Shown here piece after piece: positions 28,901-38,339 of a stretch of 64,000 bases of DNA. The notes under the pieces are model-generated. The model ran no database searches, was not told where the DNA came from, and saw nothing but the letters and a program-made list of their open reading frames with translations. Both the position numbers and the translations under genes were made by a program. This DNA comes from an uncultured Desulfospira sp. (GTDB lineage: Bacteria; Desulfobacterota; Desulfobacteria; Desulfobacterales; Desulfobacteraceae). The DNA lies in the NCBI GenBank assembly GCA_963663165.1, contig OY760175.1:6677035-6741034 (forward strand). The letters run 5' to 3'. The stretch's first letter is position 1; each line of letters opens with the position of its first letter.

Positions 28901-29514
28901 TCATTGAAAAGTTTGCCAGTGTCAACACCCTGTCGGTCCAGGAAAAGGCCGATAAAACCATGATCCGCATCGGCGGTTCCATTAAAGTGACCAAGCTTCA
29001 CAAGACCAAAAAAGGGGACATGATGGCCTTTTGCGTCATTGAAGATCCTTACGCCTCTCTGGAAGTGGTGGTGTTCCCCAAGGTCTATGCCATGGTTCAC
29101 CCCATCCTGTCCCAGGAACAGATCATTATCCTGGAAGCCGAAGTTCAGAAAAAAGAAAATCTGGTCAAGCTGCTGGCTGAAAAGATCGTGCCCGTGGAAA
29201 ACGCGGCCAGGGAGTGGACCTCAGGGGTGATGATCCATGTGGATGCCCAAAAGGTGGATGCAAAGCTGATTGAATCTTTAAAACCCATCGTTACCCGGCA
29301 TCCCGGGGACTGTCCCGCCTTCATGAAAATCAAGACCTCTCCCGAGGGCCCGGAAATCCTGGTCAAGCTTTCCGACCAGTACATGACCAGCTCCGCCCCC
29401 GGCTTTTTCAAGGAAGTGGAGGATCTGCTGGGCAAGGGCGCCATTGAAACCCAGTGCGCTCCGGTCAAAAATAAGGTTAGGGAGAAGAAGCCCTGGCAGA
29501 AAAGAAGTAACTAA
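25990..29514 (+). CDS. dnaE: DNA polymerase III alpha subunit
   Basis: HLHVHTEFSLLDG PHP domain, GPGRGSAAGS, MPDIDVDF, GYGFNKSHSAAY. Confidence 0.98.
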   Translation: MSELSSNFYHLHVHTEFSLLDGAIRIDSLIKRCLEYGMDAVSMTDHGTMFGVAAFYEKARKAGIKPVLGCEVYVAPRTLNDRTQLDHKGLNHLVLLAKDREGYANLCKLVSIAQLKGFYYKPRIDRALLSEHAGGLIGLSACLKGDIPQAIIEGNMEKADKAAEYYLKTLGEGNFFLEIQENGMEIQHRVNEGIYDMSRRLSIPMVATNDCHYLSREDSTAHEVLLCIQTGNTLTDQNRFKFDSDQLYFKSQQEMVDSLGRYPGAIENTCDVISRCNVEFDDKSYHFPRYAQTDDISEDELFKEKAMAGFEKKLSLLKKQNPDLNEKEYRDRIDYEIGIILDMGFPGYFLIVADFIEQSRKIGVPVGPGRGSAAGSMVAYAMDITALDPIEHGLIFERFLNPSRISMPDIDVDFCIEGRDRVYKYVIDRYGGPENVCQIITFGKLKAKAVIRDVGRALGVLLSEVDEIAKMIPDNAKNLTKAIEEVPAIREKCQESEQKTQMLEIALLLEGLPRHASTHAAGVVVADKPLNEYLPLFRGKEGETITQFDMNYVEQLGLVKFDFLGLRNLTVIKNCIELIEQQGKTPPDLLELNYKDQKTFDLLQNSDTTGVFQLESSGMKDLISRLKPASFSDIVALVALYRPGPLDSGMADSYVERKHGREEVTYLFGELEPVLKETYGVILYQEQVMKIAGVLASYSMADADGLRKAMGKKKLDLMEKHRKLFMEGAKKNGHDPAKAEELFNLMEKFGGYGFNKSHSAAYALIAFQTAYLKANFTLEFIAALMTSERGNSDAVLKYMDECRNHDIKVLPPDVNKSDAHFTVSNECIRFGLAAIKGVGDAAIESIIEARQAEGPFESLYEFSERVNGSKVNKKVLEALIKCGAFDSTGAKRSQMMAVLEDVVEHGSRIQKEKADCQLDLFADSGMGTSLPVSIPKLPDMEEWEDTHLLELEKEALGFYITGHPMDKYRDIIEKFASVNTLSVQEKADKTMIRIGGSIKVTKLHKTKKGDMMAFCVIEDPYASLEVVVFPKVYAMVHPILSQEQIIILEAEVQKKENLVKLLAEKIVPVENAAREWTSGVMIHVDAQKVDAKLIESLKPIVTRHPGDCPAFMKIKTSPEGPEILVKLSDQYMTSSAPGFFKEVEDLLGKGAIETQCAPVKNKVREKKPWQKRSN

Positions 29515-29771
29515 TCAAAGTCGTCTAGATTAAGGTTATCCAGATCCGACAAATCCATCCCCTTGATCAGCTCCTCATCATCGGGGATCATATCATCACT
29601 GATAATGGGTGTTTTAGGCCGTTTGGCCCTTGATTGGGCTCCGGTTTGAACTTCGGGTTCTTCCGGTGAAAAACGCTTCATCAGGGCAATGCCGGCCTGA
29701 TATACCATAAACCCGAGTCCGGCTGTATTAAGCCCGATAAGAAGGACTCCCACGATATTTTTTGCCGCCAT
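29511..29771 (-). CDS. Small membrane-anchored hypothetical protein
   Basis: N-terminal TM helix, acidic tail. Confidence 0.6.
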   Translation of the reverse strand: MAAKNIVGVLLIGLNTAGLGFMVYQAGIALMKRFSPEEPEVQTGAQSRAKRPKTPIISDDMIPDDEELIKGMDLSDLDNLNLDDFD

Positions 29772-29922
29772 TGACCTGTCCTAGAAAATTATGGGGTTTT
29801 TGACTTTTTGGTAATAAAGATTCTCTGATGCTTTTGTTTGACCTGACTTTCATTAGTGATTATATATTACAAAATCATATATAAATACAAGAAATTCATC
29901 TTAAAAGAATAAAAGGATTGAT

Positions 29923-30693
29923 ATGAGCTGGCTTGGGAAAATGATCGGAGGGACCATCGGATTTGCTTTGGGAGGCCCGTTAGGCGCTGTGGCGGGCGCG
30001 GCTTTCGGCCACACCTTTGTTGACAAAAGAGAGGATGAATACCTTCGTTCCATTCCCGGGGGCAGCCAGCGGGCCTCACTGTCTTCCAATGAAGAGGCCC
30101 AGCTGGTATTTTTTACGGCAGCATTTTCCATGCTGGCCAAGTTGTGCAAGGTTGACGGCCGGGTAACGGAAAATGAAATCAAGGCTGTGGAAGCGTTCAT
30201 GAAAAACGATCTTCAGCTGGATGCCAGCAGCCAGGAAACCGCCAAGAATATTTTCCGCCAGGCGGTCAACTCCCCGGAGCCCTTTGACGCCTTTGCCAGG
30301 CAGTTTTATTCGGTGTTCCGGTCCCAGCCCCACATTACCAACCTGATGCTGGACATGCTGTTCCGGGTGTCCACGGCAGACGGGCGCATCTCTGAAAACG
30401 AAGAATCCCTGATCCGGACGGCCTTTCGGATCTTCAACTATTCCGATGCTGATTTTGCCAGGTTCCAGGCCAGGTACGTGAAAAAATCAGACCCTTATTA
30501 TGCGGTCCTCAAGCTTGATGAAACCGCCTCTGATGAAGAGGTAAAAAAACAGTACCGGCAGCTGGTCCGGGAATACCATCCCGATAAAATAGAGGCCAAA
30601 GGGCTTCCCGAAGAGTTTGTCAAATTTGCCAATGACAAATTCAGGGAGGTTCAGGAAGCCTACGAGCACATCCGAAAACAGCGGGGTTTTTAA
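29923..30693 (+). CDS. djlA: Co-chaperone DjlA (TerB-like plus J domain)
   Basis: WLGKMIGG...GGPLGA...GH, KVDGRV, C-terminal J domain with HPD. Confidence 0.9.
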   Translation: MSWLGKMIGGTIGFALGGPLGAVAGAAFGHTFVDKREDEYLRSIPGGSQRASLSSNEEAQLVFFTAAFSMLAKLCKVDGRVTENEIKAVEAFMKNDLQLDASSQETAKNIFRQAVNSPEPFDAFARQFYSVFRSQPHITNLMLDMLFRVSTADGRISENEESLIRTAFRIFNYSDADFARFQARYVKKSDPYYAVLKLDETASDEEVKKQYRQLVREYHPDKIEAKGLPEEFVKFANDKFREVQEAYEHIRKQRGF

Positions 30694-31745
30694 AAAAGCC
30701 CCTTTTCCTTTGCAATGGCCATGTAGGTTTCAACGATGTTTTGGGGCGGTTCCCACCGCTCCGTGTCTTTCTTTTCGCCAAGAGACAAGGCGTCAAATTC
30801 ACAGACCGTGACGCACAGCCCGCAGCCGATGCACCGGTCCGTGTTGACCGTGGCGGTATCGTCAATGTCAATGGCGTCCATGGGGCAGATGTCCTCACAG
30901 GCGGCACAGGCGGTGCATTCATCTTCATTGACCCGGGCCTGGTAATTGGAGTTTACGATTTTGGCCGGGGCCTCGGTTTTTTTGATGTTGCTTAAGACCT
31001 GGCAGCAGCAGTCGCAGCAAAGGCAGATGTTGATGGGACTGACCGTGTTGGACGGCTGGGGAACAAGGCCTTGTTTGACGCCTTGTCGGACAATATCGAT
31101 GGCCTCATCCTGGGTGATGGTCCGGCCGATGCCCCGGGCTTCATAGATATAGGCCCCGCCCCCGAAGACCAGGCAGGCCTCTTTCATTTTGCCGCACCCT
31201 TTGCCCACCATGTCATGCTCCCTTCTGCAGATGCAGGGGGCCACCAGAATCTTGGACTGGGACCGGATCAGGTTTTCCACATGCTCGTGGTCCATGACGT
31301 TAAGTTCGGTGTGTATGGATTTTTCAACGGGTACCACCCGAAGCTGCTGGGTCTTGGTGGCGGTCATTTCCTTCATCAGATAGGGGACATATTCGTTGAA
31401 ATCTTTGATCAGCTCCTTGGTCAGCCGGTTGACCTGGTATTCCCAGATGCCCACCACAAACTGAAGCAGCATGTAGGATTTATTTCCCCCTTTGCTGATT
31501 TCAACAATCAGCCCTTTTTTTGCCATTTCCGCCAGCATGGGCTCAACGGTTTCAAGATCTTTTCCGGCCCGGTCTGCAATGGATTTGGCCGGTTCCGGCA
31601 TCATGAACAAAGACAGGTCAAGCGCTGCCTCTTCAGGCGTGAACAATTGCTTGAGAATCCGTAATTCAACCCCGGATTCGGTGGCCGGGAATCCCCCGGG
31701 GGTTTTGTCCAGGTGAAGGGCCAGCTTTTTGTATACATCCGTCAT
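30690..31745 (-). CDS. 4Fe-4S dicluster binding protein
   Basis: PCICR, ICLCCDCCC, two CxxCxxCxxxC motifs. Confidence 0.88.
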   Translation of the reverse strand: MTDVYKKLALHLDKTPGGFPATESGVELRILKQLFTPEEAALDLSLFMMPEPAKSIADRAGKDLETVEPMLAEMAKKGLIVEISKGGNKSYMLLQFVVGIWEYQVNRLTKELIKDFNEYVPYLMKEMTATKTQQLRVVPVEKSIHTELNVMDHEHVENLIRSQSKILVAPCICRREHDMVGKGCGKMKEACLVFGGGAYIYEARGIGRTITQDEAIDIVRQGVKQGLVPQPSNTVSPINICLCCDCCCQVLSNIKKTEAPAKIVNSNYQARVNEDECTACAACEDICPMDAIDIDDTATVNTDRCIGCGLCVTVCEFDALSLGEKKDTERWEPPQNIVETYMAIAKEKGLF

Positions 31746-31772
31746 AAAATGAATCCTCCGTTTTTTTTAAGC

Positions 31773-31858
31773 GGTTAGCAGTTAGCCTTTAGCTGTCAGC
31801 CTTGTTGTATCAAGCCAAACGCAGGCAGCTAAAAGCTAATGGCTAAAAGCTAATGGCT
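31773..31858. repeat. Inverted heptamer tracts (ttagc.. / ..gctaa)
   Basis: gttagcagttagcctttagctgtcagcc opposite ggcagctaaaagctaatggctaaaagctaatggc. Confidence 0.6.
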
Positions 31859-33187
31859 TTTAGGTGTTCCATACAGGTTTAAATCAGTGTCGTACCGGTT
31901 CAGGACCACATCAATGATTTGTCCTTTCACCGGGGGACCGCTTTTGCCCGGCTCAAGATGGATGGTCAGGTAATTGGATGTGACGGCTTTAAGGGCACCT
32001 GTTTTGCGGTCTTTTCTGTGCTGGACCAGGCCCTTTAAGGTCCGGCCCATATTTTTTTGGATAAATGCCTTGCGTTTTTGCTGGCCAAGTTCCCTCATGG
32101 CCAGGCAGCGCTCTTTGATGACGTCATTTTTGACCTTGTCCGGGTAGTGAAAGGCCGGGGTCCCTTTCCGGGGGGAGAAGGGAAACACATGAAGATAGGA
32201 AACCGGCAGGCCCTCAATTAAATTGTAGGTGTTTTTAAACTGTTCATGGGTTTCCGACGGGAACCCGATCAGGGTATCCACCCCGATGCCGGCATAGGGC
32301 AGTTTGGCATGAATCCGCTCAATTTCATTGGCAAAAAACGTCCGGGTATAGGGCCGGGTCATTTTTTTCAGGATACCATCGTCACCGGACTGAAGGGGAA
32401 TATGGAAATGATCGCAAAGAATGGCGCTCTCTCCTGAAAGATCAATGAGGGCCGGGTCAAGTTCTCTGGGTTCTATGGAACTTAGCCTGATCCGGTCCAC
32501 GGGTTTTAACCGGTTTATTTCCATGATTAGATCGGTCAGGCTGGTTTGAGGGGTCAGGTCCCGCCCGTACAACCCGGTATGGATCCCGGTGAGGATCACC
32601 TCTTTGAACCCGGAATCGGAAAGCTTTGTCAAGTGGGAAAAGACCTGTTCCGGCTTCATGCTCACCGAGGCCCCCCGGGCATGGGGGACAATACAATAGG
32701 TGCAAAAGGCATTGCACCCGTCCTGGATTTTGAGATAGGCCCGGGTCATGCTCCCCTTTACCGCATCCTCAAAGGCGTGGAAACAATTGGACGGGGTGTG
32801 GTCCACGGCAAAGAATTCAAATATATCTTTGTGTTGTGATTTGGTCGCAAGCAGGTCTTGGGCCAGTTCCGGGATTCTGGTTTTTTCCCTGTGGCAGACC
32901 AGGTGATGAACCCCGTCAATCTCACGGATCTGGTCCGGGGCGGTCTGGACATGGCAGCCGGTGACCACCATTACGGCATGGGGGTGTTTGCGGATCAAAT
33001 GGCGGACCGCCTGCCGGGACTGCATCCCGGCCTTGGATGTAACGGTGCAGGTGTTGACGATGCAAAGATCGCAGGGCTCCTGCCGTCCGGCCTGAGACCA
33101 GCCGGCCTTGACCAGGCAGGCGGCAATCCCGTCGGATTCATACTGGTTGACCTTGCAGCCAAGGGTTTTGATGGTAAAGGTTTTCAT
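31850..33187 (-). CDS. mtaB: tRNA t6A37 methylthiotransferase MtaB
   Basis: TLGCKVNQYES, NTCTVT, KIQDGCNAFCTYC radical-SAM motif, HVFPFSPRKGT. Confidence 0.93.
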   Translation of the reverse strand: MKTFTIKTLGCKVNQYESDGIAACLVKAGWSQAGRQEPCDLCIVNTCTVTSKAGMQSRQAVRHLIRKHPHAVMVVTGCHVQTAPDQIREIDGVHHLVCHREKTRIPELAQDLLATKSQHKDIFEFFAVDHTPSNCFHAFEDAVKGSMTRAYLKIQDGCNAFCTYCIVPHARGASVSMKPEQVFSHLTKLSDSGFKEVILTGIHTGLYGRDLTPQTSLTDLIMEINRLKPVDRIRLSSIEPRELDPALIDLSGESAILCDHFHIPLQSGDDGILKKMTRPYTRTFFANEIERIHAKLPYAGIGVDTLIGFPSETHEQFKNTYNLIEGLPVSYLHVFPFSPRKGTPAFHYPDKVKNDVIKERCLAMRELGQQKRKAFIQKNMGRTLKGLVQHRKDRKTGALKAVTSNYLTIHLEPGKSGPPVKGQIIDVVLNRYDTDLNLYGTPKSH

Positions 33188-34251
33188 TTTATAATCCCGC
33201 TTCCCAGCACCCGGTTCCCTTTGTAGAATACCGCAGCCTGGCCCGGGGTGATGGCCCCCTGGGGGGTGTCAAACACCACGTGGCCTGAAAAAATCCCATC
33301 CGTTTTTTCATGAACCGTCAGGACGGAAGGGGCTTCTTTGTGGCCGTACCGGATACGGGTCATCAGATTCATGCCCGATAAGGGCGGGGGGCTTTCAGGG
33401 TCATTCCAGATCACCTGCTCAACCGGCATTCCCTGCTGGTATAAATCCGGTTTAAAACAGACATGGAGGGTATTGGTCTCCGGGGTAATTTGTTTAACAT
33501 AATAGGCCTTTGGGGCAGGGCAGTTGATCCCTTTTCTCTGGCCCACGGTAAAGGAAAAAAGGCCCTGGTGCCGGCCGACTGTCTTGCCGTCCATGTCCTG
33601 GATATCCCCGGCCCTGGGCGAGATGCCGGTTTGTTTGAGAATAAATTGGGAAAAGTTATCCTGGTTGATAAAGCAGATATCCTGGCTTTCCCTGGCATGA
33701 ACCGGTGTCAGGCCCTTGGCCTCAACCATCTGCCGGACCTGCTCCTTGGTATATTCCGCCAAAGGGAAGATAATCCGGTTCAAGGTCCGGGGGGAAAGCC
33801 TTGACAGAAAATAGGACTGGTCCTTGAGGTGGTCTGCCGCCTTTTCAAGCCATGGCACCGGGATGTTTCTCTTCGGAAAAGAAATCGGATTGACCACCCG
33901 GGCATAATGGCCGGTGGCCAGATAATCAGCCCCGAGCTTGGCGGCATGGGATAACAGGCTGCCGAATTTGATGGTATGGTTGCAGATCAGGCAGGGATTC
34001 GGGGTCTGCCCTTTCAGGTAGGTGGATATGAAATAATCAACCACGGATCGTTGGAATTCTTCTGTTAAGTCAACGGTAAAAATTTTAAACCCCAGCTGCT
34101 TTTCTATAGAAGGGATGTCGGTTTTTTCCGGTTCATACCCGGTTAAAAAGTGGATGCCGAATACCTTTTGAGTCTGTTGCCTGATCAGGAGCCCTGCAGC
34201 TAAAGAGTCAATTCCGCCGCTGATGGCCACGGCGATGACACGGGAATCCAT
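33184..34251 (-). CDS. mnmA: tRNA 2-thiouridine synthase MnmA
   Basis: SGGIDS, TPNPCLICN, ATGHY, KDQSYFL, ESQDICF, TPGQAAVFY; start set at ATG 34251. Confidence 0.95.
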   Translation of the reverse strand: MDSRVIAVAISGGIDSLAAGLLIRQQTQKVFGIHFLTGYEPEKTDIPSIEKQLGFKIFTVDLTEEFQRSVVDYFISTYLKGQTPNPCLICNHTIKFGSLLSHAAKLGADYLATGHYARVVNPISFPKRNIPVPWLEKAADHLKDQSYFLSRLSPRTLNRIIFPLAEYTKEQVRQMVEAKGLTPVHARESQDICFINQDNFSQFILKQTGISPRAGDIQDMDGKTVGRHQGLFSFTVGQRKGINCPAPKAYYVKQITPETNTLHVCFKPDLYQQGMPVEQVIWNDPESPPPLSGMNLMTRIRYGHKEAPSVLTVHEKTDGIFSGHVVFDTPQGAITPGQAAVFYKGNRVLGSGIIK

Positions 34252-34252
34252 C

Positions 34253-34684
34253 TCACGAAACAGTGTCGGCGGTTTTGCTGAAAAGGCCCATGGCCCGGGA
34301 CGGGCAGGTGAGAATACACAACTCGCACACCGTACACTTATCCTGGTCAAAGATCACTTCCATCTCCGGCCGCTTGATGTAAAGGGCTTCGGTAGGACAG
34401 ACTGCGGTACAGGCGCCGCAATGGGTGCAGATGGTCTCGTCTTTATAAATTTGCTGTTCAGGGTGGGAAACGGTGACCCCCTGGCTTTTTAAAAACTGGA
34501 TGCCTTTTTTGAAATCCGCCTTGGATGTGGAGGAAATTTCCAGAACCATAAAGCCTTCCCGTTTATTGGAAATATCCGCCCTCAGGATGTTAACCATCAG
34601 ATCGTAGGTCTTGCAAAGTTCATATACCAGGGGGTTTCTGGCAACCTCGGCCGGGAAATTCAATATGGTGATTTTGGAATACAA
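34253..34684 (-). CDS. NIL domain plus 2x[4Fe-4S] ferredoxin protein
   Basis: NILRA motif; CTHCGACTAVCP, CTVCELCILTCP. Confidence 0.88.
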   Translation of the reverse strand: MYSKITILNFPAEVARNPLVYELCKTYDLMVNILRADISNKREGFMVLEISSTSKADFKKGIQFLKSQGVTVSHPEQQIYKDETICTHCGACTAVCPTEALYIKRPEMEVIFDQDKCTVCELCILTCPSRAMGLFSKTADTVS

Positions 34685-34755
34685 CGTCTTTTCTCCGTAT
34701 GTTACCTCAAAAGTTTGAGTTTACCCTTTGACAAAAAAAAATCAATAAACGTACA

Positions 34756-34851
34756 ATAACGGTCACGGACCGTCTTTGGTTATCCAACCCGAGGATCGGT
34801 CCATAACAAAAAATAAAAGTTTTTACAGGCTGGTGGTGAAACTTTTATATA
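34756..34851 (-). repeat. Modular two-hairpin repeat, copy 10 (diverged, inverted)
   Basis: Minus strand tatataaaagttt...aaactttta-ttttt-gttatggaccg...cggtccgtgaccgtta; paired substitutions in both stems. Confidence 0.8.
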
Positions 34852-34907
34852 GAATGTTTATATAATAAACGGCTTGAATCCACAATGCTCTTTTAAGGGG
34901 CACGATC

Positions 34908-37103
34908 ATGAACTCTGTTGCATTTGAACTATCCAGCTACGCGCTCAAAGCCTTTTCCGGTTTTTCCAAAGCAAGGATACGGGTAAAGGGAGAAGAGAAT
35001 ATCCCCCAAGGGTCGGTGATTTTCTGTGCCAACCATTTTACCCGGATTGAAACCATCTTTCTGCCCTATCATATCCATGCCCTCACCCATAAAAAGGTCT
35101 GGTCCCTTGCCTCCAAGGAGCTGTTTGAGGTTCCCTTGATTGAAGGACTGTTACATTACTTCGGGGCGGTATCCACCGGGGCGCCCAACCGGAATGACCA
35201 GATTCTAAAGACCCTGATCCCCGGGGATGCCCACTGGATTATTTTTCCTGAAGGCATGATGGTGAAAAACAAAAAGCTGGTAAAGCAGAACCAGTTTCTT
35301 TTAAAGGATGATACCCATGACCTGCTGCGCCCCCATACCGGGGCGGCTGTCCTGGGGCTGACCTGTGCGTATTTTAAACAGCGCCTTAAACGGCTTGAGC
35401 AAAGAGGGGGCGGCCCTGAGCTGGAATACCTGAAGGCCCGGTTCGGCATAACGGATATGGACAGGGCCGTCACCACCAGCACCCATATTGTTCCGGTGAA
35501 TATCACCTATTATCCGGCAAGGCCCCGGGAAAATGTGCTGGCCTCCGTTGCCGGGCTTCTCATGAAAGAGCCCTCTGAGCGGGTCATGGATGAACTCATG
35601 ACCGAAGGGGGATTTCTTTTCGGCGGGGTGGATATCACCATCCGGTTCGGGCCTGCCCTGGACATGCGCCCGCATCTGAACCATTTTTATATTGAAAGCA
35701 TGCTGGCCGCAAAACGGCGGGTGAGGATCAGCCGTGATCCCACGGCCAGGCAGATCGTCAGGCATACGGCCCAGGACATCATGGAAGATTACATGGGCCG
35801 TGTGTATGCCATGACCACGGTCAATTACGATCACATCATGGCCGGTATTCTCAAACACCTGCCCTACCGGCCCGACGGGGTAGATGTCTACGAGTTCAAA
35901 TGCAAGCTGTTTTATGCGGTCACGGAGCTTAAAAAAAGACGGCTTTGCCATCTGGCCGGCCAGTTTGATTATAACCAGATTCATCTGCTCACCGATGACC
36001 GGTTTAAGCGGATCTCCGGGTTCATGGATTTGGCCGTACAGACCGGCGTGATCCAGATCCAGGAATCCCGGTTGTTCAAAGACCATAAACGGTTTACCCA
36101 AGTGGCCCATTTTCATGCTGTCCGGCTGAAAAATCCCATTCTGGTCATGGCCAATGAAATAGAGCCCCTGGCCCGGGTGGAAGAAGTCTTAAAGATTGTG
36201 GCGCGAAAATCCTTTGAAGATATCCGTGATGCGGTCCGGTATAAGCTCAAGGAAAAGATCAATTCTGATTTTGCCCAGGATTATGCAAGGTTTTATGATG
36301 AAGAAGAATCCAAGGGAAAAGAGGTGGGCAGTCCCCTGTTTCTTGAACAGCCTTCCTATAAAAAAGAGGGTAAACAGCCCATCGGCATTCTTCTCATCCA
36401 CGGATACATGGCCGCTCCCATGGAGATGAAACAGTTTGCCCAATTCCTTCATGCCCAGGGTTTCACGGTTTTTGTGCCCCGGACCAGAGGGCATGGCACA
36501 AGCCCTGAAGACCTGGCCCGGACCACCCATGAGCAGTGGATCGAATCCGTTGAGGAAGGGTTTGCGGCCCTGGACCATACGTGCCGCCGGACCGTTATCG
36601 GCGGATTTTCAACCGGTGCGGGCCTTGCCTTGGAGCTGGCCACCCGGGTCAGGGATTATGCGGCGGCCTTTGCCATTTCCCCACCCATGCGGCTCAATGA
36701 TCTCGGGGCCTTTTTTGTCCCGGCCATCCATACCTGGAACAGCATGATCCGGAAAATGAACATGAGCGCCATGACCAAGGAGTTCATTGTCAACTCGCCG
36801 GAAAATCCCCACATCAACTATCCGCGAAACCCCATTGCCGGGGTTCATCAGCTGGAAAAACTCATGGACCGGCTCGAACCCAAACTCAAGACCCTTAAAA
36901 AGCCGGTGCTGGTGGCCCTGTCCCGAAAAGACCCGGTGGTCAGCGTCAAGGGCGCTGAAAAAATGTTCAAGCTCATCGGTTCTGAGCGAAAAGAATTTTA
37001 CCTGTTTGATTATGACCGCCACGGGATCATCAACGGCAAAGATGTGGAAAGGGTTTACCAGGCCGTGCTGAATTTTATTAAAGGGTGGGTGGGGCAACCT
37101 TAG
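34908..37103 (+). CDS. Glycerolipid acyltransferase (PlsC-like) fused to an alpha/beta hydrolase
   Basis: NHFTRIE and FPEG acyltransferase motifs; LLIHGY, GFSTG, DPVV, RHGI hydrolase motifs. Confidence 0.85.
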   Translation: MNSVAFELSSYALKAFSGFSKARIRVKGEENIPQGSVIFCANHFTRIETIFLPYHIHALTHKKVWSLASKELFEVPLIEGLLHYFGAVSTGAPNRNDQILKTLIPGDAHWIIFPEGMMVKNKKLVKQNQFLLKDDTHDLLRPHTGAAVLGLTCAYFKQRLKRLEQRGGGPELEYLKARFGITDMDRAVTTSTHIVPVNITYYPARPRENVLASVAGLLMKEPSERVMDELMTEGGFLFGGVDITIRFGPALDMRPHLNHFYIESMLAAKRRVRISRDPTARQIVRHTAQDIMEDYMGRVYAMTTVNYDHIMAGILKHLPYRPDGVDVYEFKCKLFYAVTELKKRRLCHLAGQFDYNQIHLLTDDRFKRISGFMDLAVQTGVIQIQESRLFKDHKRFTQVAHFHAVRLKNPILVMANEIEPLARVEEVLKIVARKSFEDIRDAVRYKLKEKINSDFAQDYARFYDEEESKGKEVGSPLFLEQPSYKKEGKQPIGILLIHGYMAAPMEMKQFAQFLHAQGFTVFVPRTRGHGTSPEDLARTTHEQWIESVEEGFAALDHTCRRTVIGGFSTGAGLALELATRVRDYAAAFAISPPMRLNDLGAFFVPAIHTWNSMIRKMNMSAMTKEFIVNSPENPHINYPRNPIAGVHQLEKLMDRLEPKLKTLKKPVLVALSRKDPVVSVKGAEKMFKLIGSERKEFYLFDYDRHGIINGKDVERVYQAVLNFIKGWVGQP

Positions 37104-37135
37104 GGGTTTCGTTTGACACAGCGGGGCATGCAATG

Positions 37136-37513
37136 ATCAGAATGGTTCCGGAAGACTCCCGGAATCGGTCATCAGTTCCTGGATGCGCTGGAAAAACCGG
37201 CCAGGGTCGTCGGTCTTGATCCCGAACAGGTAGTCCCGGATAAAGGCTTTTCCCTTTTCCGGGTCACGTCACAGACCATGCTCAGGGCAATGATGGACAA
37301 AAAGGGAACCGCTCCGGGAGCCTTGCCCTGGCCTAGGGCAAACGCCCCCAATATGCTGAAAATGGCAATGGAGGTTACAGGCCACAGAATAAGGCGATTG
37401 CATTCATAGGGCCACGGCATATATCCCCCGCCCCCGGGCCGGACCTTTTCGCGGCCGTGAAGATCATTACAAAAATTACGCAACATATTGAAAACCGGCC
37501 TGAATGCTTCAAA
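37136..37513 (-). pseudogene. Degraded membrane-protein gene
   Basis: AAGGAGG RBS plus signal-like start, TM-like segments and a protein-like tail (AFIRDYLFGIKTDDPGRFFQRIQELM) spread over different frames. Confidence 0.35.
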
Positions 37514-37642
37514 ATGAATCCTCCTTGAACGGGTATCAGGAAGACTTTTATCACGGTTTTGAATACAGGGAAAGACAGAACAGGTCCTGATAAGGTATTT
37601 AGGGGATGCCTGTTATTGGGGGGGGGGGCGGTCAAAGGCCCC

Positions 37643-38152
37643 TTATCGGGAACCGGAAATCTTTTTGATCACATCCCTGGGCAGCCGGGTTTCATGGTAA
37701 CTGCCCCTTAAATACACCCGTTCAGCCGGTCTGGCACACTGGATTTTAAAATGAAAATCATTGAGCTTGGCGTAAAAACGCTGAAACACTTCGGAATCGG
37801 TTTCCAGGTTGACCCGGCAGTTGTTCTTGAGGTGAAATTGTTCTGCCGCATGGTGGACCAGCATATAAAAACAGGCGGCTGACAGGTATTTGCAGCCTAG
37901 TTCCCGGTATATCTCAGGGTAGAATTTGGACACGTAAATACTGCCTGAAAAGATTTCGTGGGACAGGATCAATGACCTTGAAACCTGTTTTCCGGTTTGC
38001 CTGAGGCAAAGGGCATATTCAATGCAGGTCTCATCCTGCTCAAAAAAAAGCGAAAACCGGTCCAGGAGCCTGGGCATTTGCCGGATTAAAAAGGCGCTTT
38101 CCGGAATATGGCCGGAGACGTCCGGGGTAAGGCTGCCTTCCAGGTCTTTCAT
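37643..38152 (-). CDS. Hypothetical protein
   Basis: 169-aa ORF with AGAGGGG RBS. Confidence 0.7.
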   Translation of the reverse strand: MKDLEGSLTPDVSGHIPESAFLIRQMPRLLDRFSLFFEQDETCIEYALCLRQTGKQVSRSLILSHEIFSGSIYVSKFYPEIYRELGCKYLSAACFYMLVHHAAEQFHLKNNCRVNLETDSEVFQRFYAKLNDFHFKIQCARPAERVYLRGSYHETRLPRDVIKKISGSR

Positions 38153-38275
38153 ATGTCCCCTCTTTGTGTAAGACAGAGAGGATTCTGTATGCCCACCAAA
38201 AGGCTGTCTGAATTACAGTTGATAAAGTTTAACGAAGGGCACCGTATCGGATTTAACTGTTTAAGTCAAAAAGAA

Positions 38276-38312
38276 AAAAGGGGAGGAGAACCAAAGGCTC
38301 TCCTCCCCTTTT
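38276..38312 (-). terminator. Intrinsic terminator after the fusA operon
   Basis: aaaaggggaggaga...tctcctcccctttt stem with A/T runs. Confidence 0.7.
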
Positions 38313-38339
38313 AAAGGCATACAAGATTAACGCGCCGTC

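Noticed and set aside
33184..34350. Extended starts in the ORF track for mnmA, dnaE, lgt, dctP, cytochrome c3 and the RitA-like gene
   Set aside because: Extensions overlap neighbours or lack RBSs; downstream ATGs fit family N-termini better.
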